This document shows positions 40,684-55,500 of a stretch of DNA of 64,000 bases, in pieces. This DNA is from Vicugna vicugna. Taxonomy: Eukaryota. The notes beneath the pieces were generated by a model, which was not told where the DNA came from, did not search any database, and saw nothing but the letters and a program-made list of their open reading frames with translations. A program made the position numbers and the translations under genes. How positions within the stretch are numbered: the first letter of the stretch is position 1; each line of letters opens with the position of its first letter. The DNA lies in assembly GCA_013265495.1 (NCBI GenBank), contig MU057880.1, positions 1,952,527 to 2,016,526 on the forward strand. The letters are read 5' to 3'.

Positions 40684-41039
40684 TCCTTGATATCTTCTCT
40701 TAATCATTGCCTTTGTTCCTAAAATGTCCTCTCCAGATGTAAATTAGTAACAACACTGTAAACTAGTGAGAACTAAGAAACGGGTAAAACAGATCAAGCT
40801 GTACACTGAGAAAGTGCTTGGGAATGTTGCATCTCAGTAGCTCCATTTCATGCATAAACTAAAAATAAGACTGAAGTCTTTTGATTCCTCCCCGACACAA
40901 GAGAAGATATGAGTACAGAAAAAAATCATTTTCTAAACTGAAATCTATCTTCCAAGAAAAACTAGCGTGCATGCTTTGCCAACCACCCCTAGAGATCGTT
41001 GCTTCCAGAACTTTCTTTGCCAAGTGCGTGTGAGGAGGA

Positions 41040-41071
<32 letters not shown>

Positions 41072-43009
41072 ACTGCTGTGGAATTGCAGGAGCTACTTCT
41101 GTGATAGCGGGATTGTTGAAAACAGACGGTCTCTTTAAAATCTGCAATTCACAATAAATAGCTCACATGAACGCCTTCAGGAATACATTCAAAATGTCCC
41201 AAATTAGTACCACTAAAACGTCTGTGACAGTGTTCTCCAACATATTAAGTAAATGGACCCCCCTCCACCTTTTAATCTTCAGACGAGCTACTCATTTCAG
41301 TCCCAAATTGCCCTGTAATAATTGTTTCCATAATTAACTTTAATGACAAATAAACTTATGTATGGTTCGAGAAGCATCATTAATTCTGTGAAATATTCCT
41401 GTAAGACATACTAATGTATTTTAAAATATGTCTCAGATTGTTAAAACCATTATCTAAATGTGAAAGAGGTAAACTGTGTCCCCACCAGATAACATAAACT
41501 AAAAGACAAATTTTTCTGCGTTCTCCCGATAAGTCGGGGAAGCTGTTATCAGCAGTTCTGGAGTTGCTACATCTCAGGAACTCCGAGCAGGAGATAAAGC
41601 TTATTGTGACTCTCATAAACTCGAATTCTAGTAGTGGGTTCCATATGACATGTTTTTAACTACAATGTGTCCCAAGACTTTTCAGTCAATATGTTAAGCT
41701 CATAATTACACCATGAAGGTCTTTTTTTTTTCCAGCCCAAAACAACAAAGGGCCTGAAATTGGTATATCTGCCTATGAGGAATCCAGAATGTCTCTTTTC
41801 CTTCTGGTTTCCCCCGGAAGTAGTTAATAGAAATCTGTGTCTAAAGTAATATTATGATAAGAATTCACTGTTTGACAGGAGCTCAGTGCTAGTGGAGAAG
41901 CCTGACCGTACCTGTGCGAACTAACCAAACACCACGTCCATCGGAAGCTTACACACAAAGAAAAGAAAAAAGACAAGAAATTCCCAGTTCCAAATTCCTC
42001 CTCCTCCCCTGCCCAGGACACCAAGTTACGCTGCCTCTTGGAGTTTTTCCTACTTGTCCAAGGTCCCCTTCCCACACTTTAAGAAATCTTGTAAATTTCA
42101 AGCGGCTATAAAGAAATTTTCTTTTTTTCCTTTGGCCTGAAAAATAATTATTTCAAAATGCTCACACTAGCCATTTATTCTTGCAAAAGTAACAAGAAAT
42201 ACATAATCACATTGCTTACTGACCGCAGTAGACCAAATACTAATTGCTAGAGAAATTGTAGAATGAGTACTAAATCTGAAAGAGAATAGTATTTGGGTGC
42301 AAAGCCAAGAGGTTTATGGGTTGAGGAAACCTTTTTTTATATGAAATTACGTAACATGAGTTTCACTTAATTTTATGCCGAAGTTAGAAATCACTGACTA
42401 AGGCCACAGTCTGTTACAGAGATGAGGAATTAGCACGCAGTATGCTCAGTTTCTATAAACGTATTCCTATCACTTCCATCAATATCATTGGGTTTTTATA
42501 AAGATTAAACTAAAAATATTTGCATTGAATGGGTATCTTCCAAGGTTCACTGAAATTCGATCACAGTGGGAGTATCAGAGCAGCATAAAATAAGTGAATT
42601 CTGTAGTATTTACAGTTTGAAATTAACTTCACATGAAGGGTAAATAGCTCCATAGAAATGTGACGCCCTATTCAAAGTATGAAAGACAAACTAGAATTTC
42701 GGCATTTCTCAACTCCATCCGGTTTGTGCTCATATTTTAAATACTAAACTAACCAGGAAAACATGTAGATCTTAACATAACATACCCATAAATAAACTAT
42801 ATATAACTATAAAGTAAAATTCTGAGTAACAATCTAAATAGTAAAATTATGAGGGGTCTATGTCATTTGTTTGAGAAACGGTAAAAGAAATGAAAAATAA
42901 ACCACCTAAGAAACTACCTCCCCATAATTCTCTTCCTGTGATGAACTCCCTCCCCGCAATCTATCTGTTCTATTCAGTTAAAGATTCTTATAAATGTCAA
43001 GCACGAAAT

Positions 43010-43188
43010 TTTTTTACTTCTTTTTTTAATTGAAGTATAGTCAGTTTATAATGTTGTGTCCATTTCTGGCGTACAGCATAATGCTTCAATCATATATGAA
43101 TATACACATAATCGTTTTCATATTCTTTTCCACCGTAAGCTACTAAAAGATATCAAATATAGTTACCTGTGCTATACAGTATAAACTT
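43010..43188 (-). mobile_element. Short L1 3' end
   Basis: Poly-T plus AATTGAAGTATAGTCAG...GTGCTATACAGTATAA. Confidence 0.85.
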
Positions 43189-46100
43189 AAGACTCTAAAT
43201 TTTAAAATCGTCTTTAACCTTAAACTATATATTAGTCATTCACCTCTGTCAGAGCCCTGAGGACCAGGTCCTGTATTCCAACCACCTCCAACATGCCTTC
43301 TGCACCGTTTAACACACGTATGTTAGCAGATCATTTTAACATAAAGCAAAGTAGGGTTAAAGTAAATAGCTTTAATAAATAGCTTTGAAGACATCTATCT
43401 CATTGATGAAAGTGAAACATGTATCACACCTCTATCGAAATAGGAGCTGAGGCAGATACCAAGTAAATTGTTTCATCTGAAATCTAACTGTAGAGTAAGA
43501 GCAACATTCTGACTTTAAAAAGCTTAATTCTGTAACAAGAACTGCTGCTATAATATTAAATCTGCTGATTAGGTAAACAACCCTGAAGGATACAAAGCCA
43601 ACAGAGGCATGATTCTGCCTTTAAGAAAGGCACGTTTTCATTTTCCATGTGAATTTTTAAACGTTTTCATTCTATAAATTAAAATTATCAAAAAATGACA
43701 AAATACTTTGAATAGTACCAAAAAAAAAAAAGGCGTTCGACTACTAACAGACACCACTGTAAGAATGCCATCCATTTTTTCCCCCAAATTAGTGAAATCT
43801 GCTTTGAAAAACATTTTAGTGTTTGAAAATTTTGAAATTGGGGGGGATTTGCAGATTTGTAACTTAGAATTCAACAACTAATTTTCCTATTGTATTGAAG
43901 AGGCAAGTCATTTAAGACATTTGGCCATTAGTTATTCAGATCATTAAAGACAACCTCAGAAATTCTGAATGAAAATTGTCATAAGAAAAAGACTAATATT
44001 TTAATTGTGTCTGGAGAACCTACAAGGTTTTGGCTCTGTGTAATATAGCCTCTGCTCACTTTAAAAAAAAAAGTCTATTTCAATTTAGGTTTATTTCCTG
44101 TAATAGCAGTTGCTCTGCAGATTAAGCACTTCTATTGACTTTTTCTTCCCCCCAAGGGTAAAGAGGAAGAGGAGGAAAAAAAACCCACACTTCTTGAAAA
44201 GTCAATCATAACAGGAAACAACTGGTCTTCTATAGCCTTCCTGAAAATTGTCAGGGCTCCAGGAAGTTTGAACGTGTGTTAAGTGTTACTGGAGGAGATT
44301 CTGAGAGGACCTGGGCTCTGGCATGAATTAGCATTCTGCGGTCAGGATGTCCCAGCGCAGTGACCCTACCACTTTTAAAGCTTGACATGAACATGAAACA
44401 CTCCCCACCACCTGATCAGCTGATTGAAACCAGCAAGACCTCAAAAAGGAATAGCATAGGAATAAAATGCTATTAATTTAGTATAGGAATAAAATCCTAT
44501 TAATTCTAAGCTTCCATAGTTTCACACAGTAATTTTTATGTAAATGCTTAGTTTCTCATATCCTAAACAGAATATTTCAACCAACCCCATTCTTTGATTT
44601 CCATTTAGTGTCATGTATTAGTTTTCTTGAATTCTCTTTTGACACATGAAGTCTGAAAGCTTAACTCTAAAAAGGCCAATGACAAATTAATTATTCTGCC
44701 ATATAAAGAGCTGTTTCACTCTTTGTAACCTCCAGTTGATGATAACTGAGGATTCGTACCCCACATTGTAAGAGATTGTGTCCTGGTACATGTGTTCCTG
44801 GGTTTCTTCACATCACGGATTCTCACGATCGCTTAACAGCATCCAAGTTGATTCTGGTTTTACAAAACTTTTGCATATATTAAAGTAGGTAACTCCAAGC
44901 TTTTGTAATTGCCTCAACAAAATGACAAAACATGATAGCCCAGCCAATCTACAACTACTCACAATTTAAAACCACACACACACAGTCAAATTCATGCAAA
45001 GTGTAATAAAAAAGGTTTAGTAAGTATCAATTAATTTGATGAACACAGATATACAATCTCAATAATTCATGACTAAAATTCAGGGATAAGAATATACCTT
45101 AAAAGACAATCTGAAGAATCAAGGTTAAAAAGCTGAAAAAAAATATACTTTTAGAATTCTCTCTTCCAAGAACGTTTATAATCGATGATGTTCCTGAATT
45201 TCTTTATGAAGCAAATTCACAAGGACATTTAAGATAAACTATTCTAAAAATAAAAGCAAAGGTACTCTTCTTAAAAGCCACTGGGAATTATTTTTGAAAG
45301 ACAGCATTTTAAGTGAATTTTTGCAAAATAGATGCCATTTATATTTTTTCAATTTCTCTAAATAAACATGTTTACACTGTTTCAAAAGGTATTCATATGC
45401 GCAACAGTTTTATGAAAGAACAATATTTTCTCCAACATCTCCATCTGCTGGCTTCGAGAAAAAGTAGATTTTTATCTACTGTTCCTTTAAATTTAATATT
45501 TTTGTAAATTTATTTTTTATGCAATTAAATATAAAATTATTTCTAAAGACACTAACAGCTCTTTGTCAAGGTCATGCACAAAAAGGAACAGGAAAAATTT
45601 TGAAGAGGACATTTAATATTTAATACGTTTAATTCCCAAACCCTACGTGATCAAATACCCATGTCCATAGCCCTTTCAGACAGCTTTATTTTAAACAAGC
45701 TTTCATAATGAGCATAGCACTAAAGTTTATTAAAACTTTTTAGAATGTAAAAATGTTTAGAATTTTCCTAAAACCTGCTGTTGATTTAGTTGAACTATAT
45801 ATATATATATGTGTGTGTTGTACACACATAGGTCAATATCAAATTGATTAATTTCACAAACATTCTGTTACTGTCATAAACTGCTTTTGTAGAAGAACCA
45901 CTGGAGTATCTTCGCATCCTCGGACTGAAGTTCTTAGACAAGACATAGTGGCCAGGGCACAGAGAAGGCCGTCAACGCAATAAGGATTTGGAAACGATGT
46001 GAAAGAGCGTGGAGGGAAAAGATCAGAAGAAAGGAATTACTATGGGAAAAGCATTCATGTATTCTGTGACAACCACACAACTGGAGGCAAACACTGAAGA

Positions 46101-48144
46101 GGGCTGGGGAGGAAGGGAGGAAGGAATTCGCGAGCCCATCACTGGCTTTAGCTGTTGAAGCACATCAGATGCTAGTCTTAGGTATGTATTTTTCTTGTTC
46201 TATGGATTTTGTCATATTAAAGTCAGGTCTGAACAGCCTTGTGGAAGAGGGGGAAGAGGAAGAAAGAAAGAAATGAGAAATCTGTCTACTTCCACAGGTA
46301 CCCATGGAAACGGAAGGGAACAAGGAGATCCTGCCATTACCCCAGCTCCGTGCCTATAGTCATTTTACCCAGTTCAGAATATAATGGCTGCATTCCCTTT
46401 GCATAACCTTAACCCTTGCCGCTGGGTCTTTCCAGCAAGGTGTTTCCAAATAACTCCCCCATCTCAGGAATACAGTTAAATTTGAAAACTAGTATCTCTT
46501 CTAGTTTGAAATCACAGTATTAAGGTTTATAGCTCTACTTTCTTAATATCTAAATTTAACCCTATGGGATTTTTATGGTTCAACAGGGAGGAAGCGGGAG
46601 GTACTTTATGATGCCGATAGATGATACACATTTTAATACCAGAGCTAAGGGGTAGAATTCCTTAGATTTCTGGAGGCAATCAACATCACTTTGATTTCTG
46701 CTCTCAACATATTGGATGCTGCTGCTTTTACTTCATAAAGGAAAAAACCATGGATTTCCCCCACCCCCGACTGAAAACTCAAGAAAACAGGGGCTGAGCA
46801 TTGCAGAAAAATCTTGAGCAGGATTGAAGTGACCAAAACTCATCGTCACAAATGTGACAGTCAAAACTGCTATTCATTTGTGACTGCTGACTTCGTGATG
46901 GTAATTTATATAAGCATCTCTCTCTCTCTCTCTCTGAAAAGAGTTAAACTAATTTTACATTTTCTATTGCTCTTGGTAGAAAAGAAAAAAGAAATGGTTT
47001 ACGAATTCTCCATTTCATTTTACAAACTCTAGATTGTGAAATTCCTGAAGGAAGGAAGAAACTGAGCCCCCCCACACACACACACACGTTAAGTGATCTG
47101 TCCAGTCAATGAGTTAAAATGTCAACTCCAAAAAATTCTCTAGAATGAGTCTCAGGGCCTCGCTAGTTCCCTTCAGCGATCAGTAAGATGACTTACAACA
47201 CGGGAGTTCAGAATTCCCATGTCAGAAACTTGAAAATGTATTCGGTTCCTCACCACAATTTGTTTCAGTGCCGTGTAGAATGCTCCAGGGAGGAGTAATT
47301 TGGGGATCTGGAGACATGCAATTTTTTATTTCAGCTCCATTATCTGAGAAAAATATGTGCAAAATAAAGACTTGATTTTCCCGTTTTCTCAGAATTGTGG
47401 TCAAGCAAATTAAATTGTGCGTGTGTGTGTGTTTTTTTAATGAAATCCATGCCTTGTTAGATGGGTGTATTCATTCTGTGGAAATGCATGGATTTATATG
47501 TGTTTGAAAGAGGTACATTTCTTGTCTGCACATCTTATTTCAATAAAGATTTATATTAAAAGTAAATTATTCAAAAATATTGGGACTGAGGACCTAAACT
47601 AGTCTCCTAACCTAAACTAGCCATAATCTTTAGTCTTTACAAAGCCCCAGCACAGCCATTCAGCATTTGGAGAGAAAGGATACTCATTTCGGCCAGCGGT
47701 TGTGTCTGAGCTGCTCCCTGACAGGCCCCCGTGGTACTTCACCAGTGAGGGGATTTCTCCATCACTGGCCATTCTCAAAAAATACATCTGTCAATTACTT
47801 TCACCTTGTTTTTAAAATCTACATCCTTCCAATAATCATCGTCTTAGGTTCGTTGATCCCTTTCCAAAGCATTTTCACACTAGTATCCAATTACATACAG
47901 TCAGATACTTAGCACAAATGTATGTCATGCTCATAATTCATGTGCAAAAAACAAACTGGAAGCCTGATACAGAATCAAGTGAATAATCTAAATCCAGTAG
48001 GTAAATAGGTCAAGTATAAAGGCCTTCAAAAATTAAGCTACTTGTTTCCTTACATGTATGTATATATATTAAAATTTTCCAAGACATTCTTACATTCTTT
48101 CATGGAGATTTTTTGAAAGCTGCAAATCCACTTAAGTCTGTCTG

Positions 48145-48149
48145 TCTCT

Positions 48150-48185
<36 letters not shown>
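48145..48185. repeat. (TC)n microsatellite
   Basis: Direct reading. Confidence 0.9.
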
Positions 48186-48189
<4 letters not shown>

Positions 48190-49711
48190 TTCCATGCCAC
48201 CGTCCCCAGTTTCTTTTCCCACTTGGTATCAACACGTGAAGAAAACATACAGCACTGAAATCTTCTTAAATAGATTCTTTTTCAACCATCGAGTTCTGAG
48301 CATCTCATATGACCATAATAACAACCTCGGTTCTACCAGGCGAAGAAAATTGTTTGATTCTTTCATTCATCCGGTTGACAGCAGTTGCAAAAGGACTGAT
48401 GTCCCTGAGACCACAATCAAGCTAATCCATGGACTACATGATTAAGGGTAATATATGACCCGGGGAAGTGGGATGACAACCACCAGTATTTGTCTAACGT
48501 GGGGACACTGCGGTCGGGCTTTTTCGGTGGTAATTTTCCGCTGACTCCTTCACGTTCCAACCACAGCGGGAGGGGAGCCATCTGCAGACCGCCCCCCACC
48601 ACGAAATTGCCAGCTATGAAATTAACACTGAGAACCTCAAATCAGGAAAGAGTCACCCCAACTCGGTCGGCAGGAAATGATGGCAGCTGCCGGCAAGAGG
48701 GCGGGAGGGTCCGGCGGCTCGGCCGCACTGCCCACGCCGGCGCGGGGGTGGCAGCGCCTGGACCGGGGCCCGCCAGCCTCTCCATTGAACCATTTGGAGA
48801 CTTAATTGGTTGGATCCTATTACTCTGAAGCCTAGATGGAGCTTCGTGGCGTGCCCTAGGCAGTGCTAGGACTAACACGCAGAGCTGCCAAGACTAAAAT
48901 GGCTGATGGGCGACTTCTCCCGATTCCAAACTCGGCGCATCCCTCTGCTTTCGGGTCCTCCTCCTCCAGCCGCCTCCGCCGGAGCCGCACGACAGGGTAA
49001 CAAAGCGCCCCAGCCGGCGAGCCAGCCGCCCGCGGCGCCCAGGGCAGAATCGTCCTGCAACTTGGCCCGAAGCTCCAGAGCAGCGAGCAAGGACCGCGCT
49101 CCCTGCACCCCCGACCCCTGCCCGCCCCGGCCTGCGTGACCCCGCCGCGCCCCTCGGTGGGCCTTATGTAACGGCCGAGAGCCCAACTCCAGACCCAAGG
49201 CTACAACTTGGCGGGTCTCGGCGGAGATCCAGGGCTCGCGCAGGTCCGCAGAGTGACCCGGAGAGGGGCCTGCAGATTTAAATCCCCGGCCGCAGGCGGC
49301 TGGGATCAGCAATTCCCGGTGGGGTCTACCCAGAGCCCGACGGCGCGCCCCAGGGACCCCGTGTTCTCCGTGGGCTGGGTGCCAGCCGGCACGCAGGGGC
49401 GGGGGCTTCTCTGGAAGACTCGAGCTAATCTAGAACCCATGGAACCTAAGGAAGCGCAACCCCACTCTCCAACATCCACCCCCCGCCCCCAGTGCGCACA
49501 CTCTTCAGTGCCTTTCGCTTCCTCTCCCCACCCCCAGCCAGCGGGGGTCTCCGAGGTTGCAGCCACTTTCTCCCTCCGCCGTCACACGCACGCGCGTGTG
49601 CAGTCACTACACCCACACGCTGACACGCAGAAACACACACACACACACCGGCCCGCACTCACACTCACCAGCTTTCCGCGGACGGCCTCGAAAGGGCATG
49701 CATATTCATTA

Positions 49712-49888
<177 letters not shown>

Positions 49889-50352
49889 TCAGTGCCGGGA
49901 GGGGAAGGAGGGAGCCTGCTGGAGCCCGACTGCCCGGGAGTCCCTGATTCACGCTAATAGGCCGAATAAACACATCAGCCGACCCGGGCAGCGGGGGGCG
50001 GGGGGGGGCGAACATCCAAACAGTAGACCAGGGGTCAGGACACGGAGGAGTCTCAGGGCACGGTGGGTGGCCAGAAACTCTACCCTTTCCGAGAAATCAC
50101 AAGCTTTGCATTCAGACTCCTAGAGAATCTGAACAAACGGGGAAAAGCCGTTAAGGCAGAATGGAAAAAATTGGGGGAGGGGGGTCAGAAATGAGAAGAC
50201 CTTTTCCTCTGTTATGTCAAAGGCATAGTCTTTGCCTTGCTTCATCCTAAGAAAAACATGTATATTCTAGGCAGTTTAAATCTGGAATGCAGTCAAGGTA
50301 TGACATAAGTCTACATGACATGAATTAATTTGTCCACAGTGAACAAAGATTA

Positions 50353-50649
<297 letters not shown>

Positions 50650-50805
50650 CTATCTCCCAGGTCCTGCGGGTGGGTGCCGCTGCCCTACGCCGGGTCCCTG
50701 CTCCGAAGTCCGGAGGACTGGCTGGACGCAGTTTTCAGCAGGGCTGCCGCTGTGGTCCCCGCGCCTCGGATGTTCAGCTCCCTTCCCATGCGCTCACACA
50801 CTCAC

Positions 50806-50900
50806 CCTCGCGCGCGCTCTTCCCTCTCCCCTCTCCACACGCGCGCGCGCGCACACACACACGCGCACACATACACACACACACACACAGCCCCGAGCCC
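50806..50900 (-). other. Candidate first (non-coding) exon; TSS approximate
   Basis: Minus-strand donor GAGG|GTGAGT at 50805-50800, just downstream of the GC boxes. The 5' boundary is a guess. Confidence 0.4.
50836..50889. repeat. Alternating purine-pyrimidine (CG)n/(CA)n tract
   Basis: CACACGCGCGCGCGCGCACACACACACGCGCACACATACACACACACACACACA. Confidence 0.9.
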
Positions 50901-51104
50901 CGGAGAGGGGCAGGCGGTCCCCGGCGCGCGTGCGCGGCTCGCGGCAGGCGGCCGGCGCGCGCCCCCATCCCCGCCCCCGCCCCGCACCGCGCGCCCCGCA
51001 CCGCCCAGGAGGCGTCGCGCGCGCGGGGCTCCGAGCCTGGCGGCCACGGTCCCAGGGCTAGACCTCGGGTCTCGCGAGCCGTCGCGCCCACCGGGGCTCT
51101 GCCT

Positions 51105-51125
51105 TTCAGCACCGCGGACAGCGCC
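51105..51125 (+). promoter_or_regulatory. RE1/NRSE (REST-binding) element
   Basis: TTCAGCACCGCGGACAGCGCC matches the canonical TTCAGCACCACGGACAGCGCC at 20/21 positions; the mismatch lies in the variable spacer. Confidence 0.92.
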
Positions 51126-53555
51126 CGCGCCGGCCTGCGCTACTTGGGCTCCGCGGCGGACGCGATGCTCCAGCGCGGTCCAGAGGCAGCGAAGCCGACT
51201 TCCGGCGGCCTTGCAGGAGCCGGATTGCTAATTGTCGTCGGCGGGGAGGCGTCCTCTCACCAGGCCCTGCTGTTTCACGTTAAAAGCAGTGTTGATTTTA
51301 ATCTCCTATAGCCTGTAAAACCCACCGAGCAATATAGCAACGCTGCCACCCACCTCCCCTATCCAGCCCGAAAAGCGAAGGAGCAAATAAAACATCCATG
51401 ATCAAGGGTTCCAAAAATTGTGAACCTGAGCAAAATGTGATGTAACTAAGATCCAGGGAAAGCCCGAAATTCGATCTTTAAATGCCCGAGCCACATAGGA
51501 GAAGACCACGCTTCAATCTTTGAAATACTTTGCATGGAGACCCATCTTGAGAGGATGCTCTGTTGGGCTGCGGTGCCAGCTTGCCCAGCCCGCTGCGTGC
51601 GGGTCTGTCTCGCAGCCTTCACTGCAGACTTTCGCCGGTAGTAGAGACAAGTAGACTTGGCTCCTTAGAAGCTCGACTTTAGACAAATTGAAAGCAGGTG
51701 ACTCCGTTTCAAGGAAAGTCTTGTAGAAGAAAGAAATTAGAAGATGAAGCAAGTCTTGAGAGGCCGCTGAGCTGCACAGTCTTTCTCAGAGACTTAGAAA
51801 CCGGATACTTCATAGCGTTTTGCCCGTGAGTTTAGAAAATATCACCGTTCAAAGAAAGTAAACTAAGTGCTCCCCGCTTTGAACCCACGAGCTAGAGACC
51901 CCTGGAGAAGAAACATGAGGTTGAGGACTAAAAGCCTATGGAAAGGGAGTTGGTGGGGGAGGGAGGATCCCTTGGGAATTTTTGCTTAGCACTGCTTGCC
52001 AAGGGGATGCCTGGGAATGTGCTGTGGCAATTCTCTGATGCTTCAGAAATTCCTAAGTTTATGGTTTTTGTGGTTTTAACAGAGAAATAAAGGATGATTG
52101 AGCACAAGGGAATGTCTCGGGAGGCAGGAGACTGGAGCCCACTATAGGAAGGAGTAGCCTCCTGATATTTCAGAATGCCAAGCTGTAGTCTGCCGTGCTG
52201 CTTTCCTGTGCAGTTGTCACATTAATACCAACTTTTACAGCTTCTTTGTTGACTGTTATCTCATACTTGCCCCTTAATCATTCTGGGCCTCAATTTTTAT
52301 AATGAGAAAGATAAGTAAAGTGGCCTCAGTGGCTCTCTAGTCCTGCAATTCTGTCATATCAAGTCACGGTCTTTCCCTGGTTTTGATTTTCCATATGTAT
52401 TTCCAAGCCAGGAATTAAAAATATTCATAATCTATTACTAAGTTTTTAAACTACAGGTAAAAACATCTCCCAACTTTATCACCAAGAATTGATTTTAGTC
52501 TGTAATAAACACTTCGCTGCGCATAAAACAGGTCCTGTGAATCAAAATGCATTTAGCCTTTCAAAAATTAAAAAAAGAATAAAAATAGTAAGACATGAAT
52601 AAATGTATATCCACATTTACAATATAGAGAACAATTAAATAAATCTTATCTATTCAATCACTAGTTGTGATATAAGGCACAAAAAAGGGATTTGAATTAT
52701 TCTCTTTGATTTTTTTCAATATATAAAATAATGAAAAACAGCTCAAGGCAAAACAAAAATACTTTTTCAGCCATCTTCTTTTTTTCTTTATTCATTTTTT
52801 TTCCACAAGAAAAACTTCAACTTCATACCAAGTAACTTGGAAGAAAAGAATGGGGGCAATGGGGTGACAAGGAGCTTAAATGTGGAGAATTGGTAATGTT
52901 TGAAGTATGGGTCAATGTCAATTAAATTTTTTAAGAGAATGTGTTTCAAAAATTGTTTTTATCTTAATCTATTTCAAAGTCAGAGACAAAGATGAACTCA
53001 AAATTGACTGAATTACATCCTAAAAATTAATACAAAATAAAAATTCGCTGAATCATAGAAGTGTTTTCCTTAATAAATAATATGTAAGAACTCAAGTCAA
53101 ATATTACAATCTAGTAACCAATTATAATTAACTTATAAAATGGAAATGATTTTAGCAGGCATTTCTTGTAATTCAACTATTATTGTATTAACATGCCTTT
53201 CACAAGGCAGTTATGTTTGTACCTTTCACAACAAATCTGGATACATTTCTTGCAGTATTAGCATCATCGTACTTATATTATCATTCATAGAACTTTTTCA
53301 AATTTACTATGACATTTATTATATAATGTATTTTTCAAGCATAGAATACTGTCAGTATAAATGTAATAAATTTAAATTGGCTAAAGTGGTTATGCGAATA
53401 AACGAAAAATACTAGAACTTATTTTTAATACTTCCAAATTTCTTGTTTCAAGAATATATCTCAAATTAATGAGTAGTAAAATCGAATTTGAAATTTTCAA
53501 AACTACCAAGACTACAATTGAACAGAATAATGTGCTTGAAGAAAGAGTTTGCTAT

Positions 53556-53574
53556 TTTGTGCCCTCTGCTGTTC
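53556..53574 (-). promoter_or_regulatory. Candidate CTCF motif
   Basis: Minus strand AACAGCAGAGGGCAC resembles the CTCF core CCA(C/G)CAG(A/G)GGGC(G/A)C. Motif match only. Confidence 0.4.
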
Positions 53575-54947
53575 AGTTTTGGTAATTATTTAAAACGTAA
53601 GCATTGTTTCTGAAGACAGGATAAATTACAGTTAAAATAAAAGAAACAAACATAATATTCACTCAATCATTTGTTTGTTTGGTTGGTTTTAATGTTGTTG
53701 GTCTGTGTCTGTGTATGTTTAAATATAATTTCTAGCATTAAGGCTAGAAATAAATATTATATGTAAATTTCAATATGTGTTTTACTCAATCTCTGTTTCA
53801 ATATGGGAAACAATAATATTCCCTTTAAATCTGCTTTGAAATGGTTAGGATTTTATATATGCTTCCATATTCTTTACAGTTTTAATTTGTGTTTCGTAAC
53901 AAACAAGCAGTAAGGAGAGTTACTGTGTGTGTGTGCGCCCGGGAGGTGGGGTGATAATTTTGAAACGATTAGCAGAGCAGATTTCAGGTGACTTCGTTGT
54001 CAACACTGGGTCATAAATGTCAGGGTCATAGTTCCGAGTGATGGAGTCTCAATACAGTGGAGATCATCACCTGCCTCCCTGTTGATCCTCTGGAAGTCTG
54101 AACGCGTAGGCTCTCTGAAAGGCTTGGATGCAGCTCAGCCTTAGAGAGGATGGAGGCTTCATGCTACTTTCAGCAAAAGATAGCAAAGGTAGCAGTTCCT
54201 GCAGAAGGAGCTCAGCTTCCAGACATGAGACGTTATTGGCTGAGACAGGGAAAACCCAAAAACAGAAGAGAAGACATGAGGATTTTAGTCTCCTAGTCAT
54301 TCTGGAGAACTTCAGTTCTTTGATTAAGATAAAGAATAATACCACTATAAGCAGTTATTCAGATTGAGACAATATTATTTTCTTTTGTGACACAATTTTA
54401 AATCACTGATTGAATAAGATCAACTACATGTCCCCAAACATGTCTACAGTTAAGCTTTTGTATGATTTTTTTTAAATGCACTTCGAATGAAGTCCAAAGA
54501 TGAAAAGAATAAGTGAAGTTTTTATTTTAGTGTCTTTAAGGGCTCTGATTACATGGACTTTAATTAATTTTATACCAACTGATAGTGCCTGGAGCAGAAA
54601 TATTTACTGGAAAAGTGTTTCAATTCATTAGTCAATTCAACTATATGGGACAATGATATTCTGAATAATGAGCTTGATACAGTGGATAAAAGTTGAACAC
54701 AACAGAAACCTTCCTTGAGAAAATTCGAGACTTCATTCAAGTACTCACATGGTTAGCACCAAGGCAATAAGAAAGGAAATAAACAGGCATATGATTAAGA
54801 TCATATAATGAGGCAAAGTCAAAATTTATGCTGCACATTATATCTTGTAATTCCCAGAAGGGGAGAGTCACCGAAGGCTGATGTCTAAATTGAGTCAAGT
54901 AGCGGTTAACTAGGTGAAGGTTGGGATGGATGTGAAGAAAACACTTC

Positions 54948-55464
54948 TTTTTTTAATTTTTTTAGCTGTATGAAAGTTTAACTGACAAATAAAACAGAAA
55001 AATATTTAAGGTGTACAGTGTAATCATTTGATAAGTATATGCATTGTGAAAAGGTGGCCCTTTCAACTAACACATTCATCACCTCACATATTTACCCTTT
55101 TCTGTTTGTTTGTTTACAGGAATATTTAAGTCCTACTGTCTAAGCAAATGTCAGTGATACAAAACTGCAGTCATCATGTAATACGTTAGATCCACAGACC
55201 TTATTCACGTTATAAGTGAAAGTTTGAACCCTTTTACCAGCTTCTCTCTCTCTCTCCCCCTCTCCTCAGTCAATCACTTCTCTCTTCTCTATTTCTGTAT
55301 GACATTTTTTTTAGATTTCACATATAAGTCACATCATGCAGTGTTTGTCTGTCTCTGCCTGATTATTTCACTTAGCCTAATGCCTTCTGGTCTATCCACA
55401 CTGAGACTGAATAATATTTCACTATATATATATATGGTTAGGGTTAGGAGTTAGGTTAGGGTAT

Positions 55465-55499
<35 letters not shown>

Positions 55500-55500
55500 T

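Noticed and set aside
44452..44505. 27-bp tandem duplication
   Set aside because: Real (2 mismatches) but an ordinary slippage event with no sign of function.
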